A program made the translations under genes and the position numbers. Positions 13,501-25,500 of a DNA stretch of 64,000 bases are shown one piece after another (position 1 is the stretch's first letter; each line of letters opens with the position of its first letter). The notes beneath the pieces are model-generated. The model saw only the letters and a program-made list of their open reading frames with translations. It made no database searches and was not told the origin of the DNA. Source of the stretch: Macrostomum hystrix (taxonomy: Eukaryota; Animalia; Platyhelminthes); NCBI GenBank assembly GCA_950097015.1, contig CATNEN010000039.1, positions 19,778,001 through 19,842,000 of the forward strand, read 5' to 3'.

Positions 13501-16500
13501 TTTCGCGCTGCTATGAAATAAAAGTCGAAGGCTAGGATTCAGTGCTTTAAGAACTTGTTTTCTCGCATATACTAAATGCTGATTGCATCTCAATAATCAA
13601 TAGTCAGGTATCGAGAACAACTCAGGAGGCAATGGATATATGATAATATGCATTGCAGGTAACACGGTTAAGATAATTTTATCTGCGTGTAAGCAAATAA
13701 TATGAATATACGTTTGTTTATCTCATAGACTGGAATTAACAGGTGGACTGATTTCAGTCTCTAGATCATCTCATATTAAAAAAACAATGCCTTATGTCTG
13801 AGGCATCTAAAACTGACAGCTAGGACACACCGTGGTTTTACATACAAAAACAGTCAAGTGCAATTTACTTGAAGTAACTCAAATTACAACCTTCAGTTCG
13901 AGTGCAGGGTCTGTCACGCTTCTAACTTAATTTGATTCGTTTAAAATGGACACTAGCTTTTACAAGCCAGTCGAGCTGTTGAGAAAAAAATGCATGCGAA
14001 AATTTCTTCAGCTGTGTCATCCTAGCTTAGTTGTATTTAGTTCTCACATTGTGAGCTCGACTGGCTTGTGAAAGTTGCCATAATCAAGTCAGTGAATTGC
14101 ATGCACTGTTCTGCAACGCTTCTGGATATTTTAATATATATATTGAGGATAAGTTGTGCAGATAGATGTCTGCGTTTCATGGCTGATTGCAGTCCGTTGA
14201 AAATACATAGTAAACATTTGAAATTTACTACGAGCGTATGTTGCAAATCGGGTTTATTACTTACGAGACTGTTGCCGCCTTTGGTGTGGATGAGCTGGGT
14301 GTGTGAGAATGAGAAACGAGACGAAAATAGGACATTCTTTTACTGGTTGTAGCACAATTTGCTTAAATAATTAGTGCTCCCAGAGTTGGTTGGTGTACTA
14401 AGGAAGATTCACAATGAATCAAAATATTTTAGTGACCGGCACAGCACATCCTTAGTGAAGTATTTTTTACTTTATGATTTAAGTTGAGAAAAGTTATTGG
14501 TTTGAAACAAAAGCAAAGAAAAAACACCACTATGGAGTTCAAGCACCATGAGTTGGGTAAGTGGATCTAATAATAAAGTTATATCTTTATATCCAAACCA
14601 GTTTGCTTCAACTTTGAAAGTCCTATGTAGTAGAAGCTGTGTAAGTATTATGGAAAATAACTCGCACGAGCTATCTAATGCCCGATTAACGGCAATAATC
14701 AGCCCTTAATAAAATAGCAAATAACTCAAGCTGCACACGTAAGCGTTAGTGGGCTACGAATGGCTATTGTTAATTACTGCATGATACGAGTATGACCTAT
14801 TTAGAATCAGCTAGCGAAAGTTGAATTAATTGCAGATGCTTGCAAGTTGCACACATTAGATAATCAATTAGATTCTGCAGCGTTCGCTTTAACTACTGGC
14901 TTTTGCGCTTAAGACATTTGCCTTATTACGAGCCTTAACATTTGTTGCGATGAAAGGCTAATTAGCCGTATTAAGATTAAGCACAATGTTCTGCTAGCAC
15001 AGCAACTGAGGCATCTGCGTTTGGGCGAATGCCTGCGCTAATTAGAATGACGAGGCATCTGTACTCTCTGACCTCGACTTAACCAACTCACTCACATGTC
15101 AGCTCCAATTTGGCCTGAAAGTCTGCAAGGATTGCATCGCCGAATCACCATATCAAATATTGTTTAGCCGACCTTGAAAACTAATTTAAAAAGCATCCGG
15201 CTTGGCTAAGTTTCCAAGATCAGTTTAGTTTCCAAAGTTAAAGGGTCCTATAATGTTACTATCTGTGAGTGCAGAAACTAACTTCTGGTCCTCTGTTATA
15301 ATCTTAATCACTAACGATTTTTTAAACTCAGTCTTCATATTTAATAAGGCCCCCATCTTTTTCGCTGAAGTCTCATTTCACTGTGTTGGGCATCTGTATC
15401 AATTTTTCTGTTGGTTGTATCTTCAGAAACTTCTGAATATTAAGCTACAGTTGCATCTGAACTTTAAACATGCTTTCTAAAGTTTCAGCCTTTTGATTGT
15501 GAAATCTTGTGAAAAAAACGCAATTCTGGAAGAAATCCTACACCAGAAATTTCCCATTACCAGACGGTCGAATAATTACAAAACGTAGCCAAATCGCTTT
15601 CGATTGGTGGTTAGAAACCAAAGGACTATACAATGTAAATACGAATAAATTCTAGATAAAAAGAAGAAAGATTTTTTTCGTTAATTAATAGCACTGTACG
15701 CAAACTCACTTGATTATGAATGCGAAGAGAGCGCACAACACGACCGTGGCATCCAGGATGTTCCATAGATCACGACAGTAAGAACCCGGATGCAGAATGA
15801 TGCCCAGATCGACAATCTGAATAATTTTATGATCAGTTATGGTAGCATAGGTGAATTACCTATATTATATGTAAAGAAATGACACTTTATCGCTCAGAAA
15901 CACTTTATTAAATCTGCTTTAGTTAGAGTTTAAACTGAGAAATTAAAACTCTCCATGCTATTAATCACACCTTCAGCAGCATTTCCACGGTGAAGACCAG
16001 CGTGAAGGCGTAGTCAAAGTAGCCCAGGTAAATGTTCTTTAACGTCACATTCTTGGTGTCAACGGGGTCCTCTGCGGCTAATGCGATGCTGCTGGCACAG
16101 ATTATGATCATGATGAATAGGTCGAAGTAACGCAGGTTGACAACGAAATGGCAGAACTTTCGAATTCTGGTTGAAAATGCGTTGTAGAATTTGGTGGTAT
16201 ATAGGGCTTTGTCAATTTTCAATCATAGTTATTAATAATAAATAATAATAATAATAATAATTGCAAGAGGGCTGCGAGCAGTGGCACAGCATTAAGTGAC
16301 ACTAGACCCACAGCCAGCGAGGAGGCAATTCTGCCCATTTCGCTGACTCCTGAGCTCACACACACACAGATACTGTACGCAGGCATACGCTCACACAGGT
16401 GTGTACATCTGCCCTGACTTTCTCATCGTCAGGCAGTGTACATTTCACTGTGCCTTGGAGGTTGGTCCTCAAGGGCTCCTCAAATTGCACGACAAGCCCT

Positions 16501-19500
16501 CAAGCCTTCTCTCCGCGGCTGCGCCCCAAATAAATGTGGCCTCGCCGTGGAATCGAACTTAGGGACCTTGGTGCGAGAGGCAAACGCGTTAACCGCTCTG
16601 CCACCGACCCCCTCTCAAATTATTATTAATAGGCACATATTAAATTGGACGTCATTTACTATTGTTTAAATCCGACTTTATTACGTACTATCTTGTCTAG
16701 CGATGAGTGAATGCGCTGGCATATTTGATTGTCTAAGGATAGATAAATAAAGAATTCGATAGTGCAAATTAGAAACCAGGATAGCGAGACTGCGGCTTGG
16801 CAATGCGCTTTCATGGCTGCGCGTCCTTCAGTCTATCGCTTCAATTATTCAGACCCGGATGGACCGACCCGCTGCCAGCCAAGCCTACAAAATCCCGCCG
16901 CTTCAACCATCTACAGCCCGAGACAGCGATTTAGTGTACAGGCGCTGTGAGCCTGTCTTGTGTGGCTCTACTGCCTCTCAACGCACACAATATGAGTCGA
17001 AAAACAGTGCCAAGGGACAAGACAGCGAGAGAAATTCTCTCCATCCCCTGTAGTCCCCAACCCAGTCACACAGTCTGAGACGAAACCGCCATATGTGGAT
17101 GAAAAGTATAAGCTTTGAGCGCCTGGGTTAGACTTTTTCTTCAAAGCAATTCGCTCTCGCTTCTTTCGCCTGCTCATGCACAGACAGTTTTTATTATGCA
17201 GCTCTCTCTTTCTTTCTTTCCCTCCTAAAAATCAGAAAACATCTCAGTTTTACATAGGGCGCATGTGGAAGCGAGAAAATAAGAGAGGAAAATGCGCGCC
17301 GAAATGCGCTCAGCCGTCAGGAGACCATTGGGGCGAAGCTATTGAAAGATGAGGCCATGCAGACTGATTTCCTTTGAGTGACTGGTTTGTCGCCTCCTGA
17401 CTGTCTCTGATGAGACAGAAAGATTTGGCTACAATTTATTTGGGCTGCTTTGATCTCTACTATTAAGCTGGCATCTTTCAAGAGCAATCTTTGTTAGAAA
17501 ATACTAACGGAGGAAGATTCGCTATCTTCAAAAGATCAACAAGCAAACTTAGCTGGAGGGATATCCTTGAATATTCAACACCTAGGTTTACACATTGTCA
17601 TTTGGACTAACGGGTTTGTTGGCCGCAGGAAGAACATTGAGCTGTAGGGCAGGATCGGTTTGCCAACGCCAATCAGCATGTCGCCAGTGTCCTCCGGATT
17701 CGACGGCGGTTGTACTGAAGTATCGGATTCTAGAGTGGGAGGGTCATGGGAGACGGTGGTTATCGGTATTTTAGTGTCTGGATGATGAGCAGTGATGTGT
17801 GAGCATTTGCTGCCGGACTCACTTTGGCTGACTATTCGAGAGCCGACTCCGTTCATCTTCTTGCCAGTAGTGTCAGTATCACCGGAATTGCTGCAAGATT
17901 TTGGCGGTCATATGGATGATGCAGAAATAGCAGATGGTTTTAACCTGAGTATCTGTAGTTATCAACCTGAGTGTCTGTATTTATCAACCTGAGTGTCTGT
18001 AGTTACCAACCTGACTGTCTGTAGTTACCAACCTGAGTGTCTGTAGTTACCAACCTGACTGTCTGTAGTTACCAACCTGAGTGTCTGTAGTTACCAACCT
18101 GAGTGTCTGTATTTACCAACCTGAGTGTCTGTAGTTACCAACCTGAGTGTCTGTAGTTATCAACCTGACTGTCTGTAGTTACCAACCTGAGTGTCTGTAT
18201 TTACCAACCTGAGTGTCTGTATTTATCAACCTGAGTGTCTGTATTTATCAACCTGAGTGTCTGTATTTACCAACCTGAGTGTCTGTATTTACCAACCTGA
18301 GTGTCTGTATTTATCAACCTGACTGTCTGTAGTTACCAACCTGAGTGTCTGTATTTACCAACCTGAGTGTCTGTATTTATCAACCTGAGTGTCTGTATTT
18401 ATCAACCTGAGTGTCTGTATTTACCAAGCTGAGTGTCTGTAGTTACCAACCTGAGTGTCTGTAGTTACCAACCTGAGTGTCTGTATTTACCAACCTGAGT
18501 GTCTGTATTTATCAACCTGAGTGTCTGTAGTTATCAACCTGACTGTCTGTAGTTACCAAGCTGAGTGTCTGTATTTACCAACCTGAGTGTCTGTATTTAC
18601 CAACCTGAGTGTCTGTATTTATCAACCTGAGTGTCTGTAGTTATCAACCTGACTGTCTGTAGTTACCAAGCTGAGTGTCTGTATTTACCAACCTGAGTGT
18701 CTGTATTTACCAACCTGAGTGTCTGTAGTTATCAACCTGAGTGTCTGTATTTATCAACCTGAGTGTCTGTAGTTATCAACCTGAGTGTCTGTATTTATCA
18801 ACCTGAGTGTCTGTAGTTACCAACCTGAGTATCTGTAGTTACCAACCTGAGTGTCTGTATTTATCAACCTGACTGTCTGTAGTTACCAACCTGAGTGTCT
18901 GTATTTACCAACCTGAGTGTCTGTATTTACCAACCTGAGTGTCTGTAGTTACCAACCTGAGTGTCTGTATTTACCAACCTGAGTGTCTGTATTTATCAAC
19001 CTGAGTGTCTGTAGTTATCAACCTGACTGTCTGTAGTTACCAAGCTGAGTGTCTGTATTTACCAACCTGAGTGTCTGTATTTACCAACCTGAGTGTCTGT
19101 ATTTATCAACCTGAGTGTCTGTAGTTATCAACCTGACTGTCTGTAGTTACCAAGCTGAGTGTCTGTATTTACCAACCTGAGTGTCTGTATTTACCAACCT
19201 GAGTGTCTGTAGTTATCAACCTGAGTGTCTGTATTTATCAACCTGAGTGTCTGTATTTACCAACCTGAGTGTCTGTAGTTATCAACCTGAGTGTCTGTAT
19301 TTATCAACCTGAGTGTCTGTAGTTATCAACCTGAGTGTCTGTATTTATCAACCTGAGTGTCTGTAGTTACCAACCTGAGTATCTGTAGTTACCAACCTGA
19401 GTGTCTGTATTTATCAACCTGACTGTCTGTAGTTACCAACCTGAGTGTCTGTATTTACCAACCTGAGTGTCTGTATTTATCAACCTGAGTGTCTGTATTT

Positions 19501-22500
19501 ACCAACCTGAGTGTCTGTATTTATCAACCTGAGTATCTGTAGTTATCAACCTGAGTGTCTGTATTTATCAACCTGAGTGTCTGTAGTTATCAACCTGACT
19601 GTCTGTAGTTACCAAGCTGAGTGTCTGTAGTTACCAACCTGAGTGTCTGTATTTATCAACCTGACTGTCTGTAGTTACCAACCTGAGTGTCTGTAGTTAC
19701 CAACCTGAGTGTCTGTATTTACCAACCTGAGTGTCTGTAGTTACCAACCTGAGTGTCTGTATTTATCAACCTGACTGTCTGTAGTTACCAACCTGAGTGT
19801 CTGTATTTACCAACCTGAGTGTCTGTATTTATCAACCTGAGTGTCTGTATTTATCAACCTGAGTGTCTGTATTTACCAACCTGAGTGTCTGTATTTACCA
19901 ACCTGAGTGTCTGTATTTATCAACCTGAGTGTCTGTAGTTACCAACCTGAGTGTCTGTATTTACCAACCTGAGTGTCTGTATTTATCAACCTGAGTGTCT
20001 GTATTTACCAACCTGAGTGTCTGTATTTATCAACCTGAGTGTCTGTATTTACCAACCTGAGTGTCTGTATTTATCAACCTGAGTATCTGTAGTTATCAAC
20101 CTGAGTGTCTGTATTTATCAACCTGAGTGTCTGTATTTATCAACCTGAGTGTCTGTATTTATCAACCTGAGTGTCTGTATTTATCAACCTGAGTGTCTGT
20201 ATTTACCAACCTGAGTATATGTATTTATCAAGCTGAGTGTCTTTATTTATCAAGCTGAGAATCTGTATTTATCAAGCTGAGTATCTACATTTATGAACCT
20301 GATTATACTCGTATGTCAATGTCAAACCGAGTACATGTCAAATTGAAATCCGTGGGAACCAAAAGTGTCTGATGCTATCAGCTACTCACTAGGCGAATTG
20401 GCCTCCAGTTTTAGTTTGGCCCGGTGACGGCGGCTCGACTTTCACCAGCGGTGGCAGGGCGCCTGGCAGCTGCACTGCGTCCATTTCCCGCATCATTTCT
20501 TCCTTTTTCTAAATTGATAGGCGAATTAGATCAAGTGGCTGTGAATCGGCTGTTTCATCATCGATCAATTGGAGCATGCAATCTTTATTTTATTAAAATG
20601 ATTCCCATTGAACGTTGATGAATAATCATCTAGGCCAGGTAATTTGATATTTTGAACGATTTGCCCTGGAGCAATTGCAAAACAATAGCGACAGCTTTTC
20701 GAAATTGACCGCGCCCCAAATGCTGACTGCAACAGCAATGAATTTTCTATTTTCGTTCAAATTGCGTCATTTACTTTCTTTAGCCAAACGAGAGTAGAAA
20801 AAAACAGGAGGCGGAGGGCTTGACAAGTTGACTATTTACGTTGTGAAACATTTGTCTTGAGGAAAACTGTCGCACAGGGCACCCAACCCAAAGCAGCATT
20901 TTTTTTAGTATCACAACTCAGGGCAAAATAAAAATATCAATAGCTAAAGTTTTTTTCGGCTAAACGTTGGGTAAGGCGCAAGAGCAGTGAAATATCCAGC
21001 AAACGGGCAGAGCTGGTATTGATCTCTGCGTCTGAAACTTAGTCGAAAAGTTCCGCTCTACTTGTTTTCAGCACAGTTCACAATCAGTCTGTGAGTATTT
21101 TTTTAGCACTCAACATTTTTGCTGCAACAAAAACTGTGGCAGGCAAAACGCTGAAATAGGAAAAAACGGTTTCTCATTATAAGAGTAGTCTAGAAATTGA
21201 ATTTAGGAACTCTGACGAAGAGGTCGGAAGTTCGTTCACAGCTCAATGAAGCAAAAGCAAATGTCCTTAAGCCAGAAACGTAGTTCCCTATAGTTTTTCC
21301 GTTTACCGAGCTACGCAATTGGTTCCAGCAGCCAAACTACAAAGGCCCTAGAGTCCCGATTCCCATCGTTAAGCGCTCACTCACCTCGTTCTCCTCCTTA
21401 GCCTTCTGCTCCTCCATCGCTGTCAGCTCCTGCGCATTCGCCAGATTGTCCACAGCAATGGCCAGGAAAACGTTGAGCAAAGTGTCTATAGTTGTGTTTT
21501 TGTCGCCATTGTCGTTTTTGGCGGTTTCGTTGGTTAAGGAAAATTTGGAATGAAAAATATACAACAGCGGAATCGTTTTTCAAGTTTTGAAATGGTGAAA
21601 AATAAAGCGATATACAAGCAATTAAAAATAAAAAGATAAGTGGCTTTCTTGTTTTTCATGGCATCGAAAATGAGCACTTTGAAGCAAGGCTTCAAGGACT
21701 CTATCTTCAGAATCAGATTAGACATCGAAAACTTAATTGTCAATGATTGTGCACGCTTATCCAGAGTAAGAATAATAACAGTTTAGATTGACAACAGCTG
21801 CTCAAGCAGGTATAGTTCATATAGAATGGCACACTGAGTGTTGCACTTACCTTGACTCGGAAAGATAATGAAGAAAAATAAATAGTGCAAACTAATAGTT
21901 CCAAGCAACTAAAACATTTCTATGCTAAGCGCAATGAATAAATAATAGAGATCAAGTGGTAAGAGGTGGTGGAGGGCATTCAATTAAGGATACAATTTCC
22001 AAAAAGCACTAGCAAGATAAAATAAACGGCGAATGCCATTCCCTTGCCAACGCCGCCCTGTGATCGAATCCCATAGTACATGACGAGATTCCAGTCTTCA
22101 CCAGTCAGGATCTGTGCACAAATGAGTCATGGTTAGGAACGATAGATTCTGGGTTTATTGAACAAAACTTTTTTCGCTGGCTACAAGCACCCAAAAAAGA
22201 ACTTTGACGCTTTAAAGTTCATTAGTCTGAGTCTACTAAATGTACAACTTTGCAAGATGTGTACACATCAATAAGCATTAGTAGCGATACGTAATTTACA
22301 ATGTTTAGATATTTATTTGGGCTTGTGTTAACTTTACGTCTCAGATGTATAATACTTATTGCTTTAACCGCAATCAAAATGTTAATTCGTTATTTATAAC
22401 TTTCGGTGTCTAGGTGTCTAGCTAGAAAACAAAGGTAGAACCACTCATGAAAAGTTTTATGGTAAACGTTTCCTCAACCGGGAAATAGTTCGCTTGAAAA

Positions 22501-25500
22501 TAACTTTGCTGCATTTTGTTAGCACAGTTGCTGCCACCACCGATTTCGGGTCGTTATGACTAGACGAATAGAAACAATTTTCGCGACAATACGACATGTA
22601 CTCTTATGGAAACCAATATTTTTATAACTCCATCCGTGTTGAAAATAAGCAAATACCGTAGTAAGTACATTAAAGAAAGGATACACTTTCCAAAGATCAT
22701 CAATATAACAAAATAGGCGGCGGCCCACATGCCGTTACCACCGCCATCATCTCGCTGTGAGCGGATTCCAAAATACATCAATGCGTTCCAGTCTTCGCTG
22801 GTAAGAATCTGAGCGAGAATTTCGGATAGAAGCAAAAGCAGTGTACTTCACCTCTATATAAACTTTTAGGTCACTTGAATTTCTCAAATCGTGTGTATGG
22901 CAGCGCGTTCTTAAAATAGGCTAATTAAAAATATGACAAGTGACTTACCTGGAACACAGTCAAGAGGCCTTTGACAAATGTGTCGAAGTTCTGAGCGGGT
23001 CGTCCTTCTGGGAAATTAAATCTGCAAAGCGAGAAGCGTAAGCTAATGTCTTACATTTCTATTTATTAATTATATCAACTGTTACAAAAGACTGTCGTTT
23101 CGCAATATATTTCTGTGAACTATCATTGATCACATTGAACACTTACTCGCCGCCAAAAAGTTGCATGCCGAGTAGAGCAAAAATAAGTATGAACAGAAAC
23201 AGCAGGAACAGCAGAGAAATGATGGAGCGCATAGAGCTGAGCAGGGAAATGACGAGGTTTCGCAGCGATGACCAGTATCTGAAATTTTAAAGTTGCTTTC
23301 TTGTCAAAATGTGCAAATCTAAGTTTTCTCAATGTGAACATATCAACACCTGATGCTGACAACATCCATATCTTTTTTCTTTTATAAAGTTGTTTGTACT
23401 CTCTTAAGCTCCTGCACTTGATCCCCTCTTTGATCCTGAGTACGTGAGCTAGCTTTCAGCTTTATTAGAATAAATGCTAATAAGGTCTAAAGCAGACGCA
23501 ACAATATTTTGTACTTGTTCCCTGACGCAAAGATTACGTTACGATTTCTACTAAGCCCTACTAGGCGATTTGTATTTTGATTTTTCCGCAGAGTAGAATA
23601 TGGGAAAACTTTTCACCGTCAACAACTAGCTACGGACAATCAGAGGCAGTTTGAGGTTAATAGCTTGTTTTGTCGAGTGCCGCGCATTTAAAATTAGGCC
23701 TCATTATACCTACAAGGACTTTCGTGCTCCATAATCACCTCGAAAATATGGCAGTGAACAAAAATAGGCGAATATTAGTCCATCTGAGGAGACCCGGATT
23801 CCATTGCTAACTGACCTAGTAACCTTGAAAGCTCGCAACAAGCGCAGGGCTCGCAGCGCGCTGACACCGAAGGAGGCGTCGGGTCTATAAAATTGCCACG
23901 CAATCTCTAGTGCGCTGGCAATTATCACCTGGTGGCAGCGGTGGGATTTCATGATATGTGTAGAAGGCAGAGTAGATGCTAGAAAACATGTTCTTAGTAA
24001 TGGCTGCACATCAAGTCTTGATACACATTCTTTCGCTTCGTTTTACAAGCGTAACTAATGACTATACTATTTTCATGAATTTAGTTTCGAAAAATTTTAT
24101 GGCACTTTTTTCTATCTAATAAATTTCAAATAAATACTTTAACTTGGCACAAACCTTGCACCCATCATGCTCCCGATCCAGTTTCAGTGTTTTAAACTTC
24201 CTCCGCATTGCTGGCTTCCTATTTCAGTTGGGAGGGAGTCATTTTTCTCTGGTCGAATTAACCGCCCCCTATCGGTTGCTTATCGCCGACAGCAACGCTT
24301 CCCTACGACACAAAATTGCTTACATCCTCTTGGTCGACAGTTGTGGGGTAATCTTATTAGAGGAAAAGTGTGTCCCACTTTGAGCCTCATGGGAAATCGA
24401 CTAGATGCTCTACAGAAATGGGGAGAGGGGATATCTCAGTTTCATGTGTGCATTAATGCATGGACACACCATGCCTGTCTAGATAGTTGACAACTTTCGC
24501 ACATAGGACGAGTATACACAGAAATTTTTGGCTTGCAGCTAGTCATTTTGTGAAAACACGGCTTTTTTAGAGACATTCTAGAACCGATAACTCGATCTAG
24601 TGCTGTCCGTTAGGAACCAATAGATGAAGCATTCCCCCCCCCAACAATATATAAAAGCAATCACGCGGTTAGGGAATAGAAAACAAACGCACCAACGAAA
24701 TCCAAGAGTAAAAATTAAGAAACTGTTTTTGTTACGTGTATTAAGAAATCAGAGGAAGTTTCGTGCACTATGCATTTTTTATCTTGGGTGTTAATAAATG
24801 TGCTTTTAATGAAAGCTTTGTTAAGCCAGGCCGTCATAAGATCTAGTGGGTTTAGCACACAGGCTCATTTCCAGACTTATTAAGCGGTTGCGTTGGGGAT
24901 GACATGGAGGTTGTCTAGACTTGGCAGTCTTAGCCAGGCTTGTAATACCTTGTGACCTTAAATATTCTCAATAGTCGGATACTTCTCAGGGCACTGAATC
25001 CGAAGGACTGGCCTCCGTGCATGTTTTGCCAGATAACCTCAAACAAGCTGGCAATAACAACCTGTTAAAATTATCAAGATAGCGTTTTGCACAAATGCCT
25101 GCCGAGAAACTCTTCTTAACAGTCTTGTCCGGTGAGGATTGAAAAGGCCCAACCAATGCCAAAACTTTAAACGTAAATCTGGTGTTCTGCAATTGGTTTA
25201 CAATTTTTTCGACGGTAGTTTGTACCGGTCACAATGCAATCACAAGGACAATATCACAAGCTAATAACAAAGTACACTGATATTCACAATGATGCGCAGA
25301 TAAAACAAACCGATAGGATTAATGACGAAAGACTAAACTAATAAGCGAAAATAATTTGATTAACTAGTTTCATACGGCATGCTGCTCGATCGAGCTTATG
25401 TTAGAGCGATAGTGAAATAGTCTCAGGAAGTAAACGCTCGTATACGCTCGTAAGTGTGAAATATCAAAATAAAATTGACACAAGTGTGAAGCCAATAAAC

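Noticed and set aside
16540-16611. tRNA gene
   Set aside because: The A/B boxes belong to the SINE head and continue into the SINE body; no complete cloverleaf is evident.
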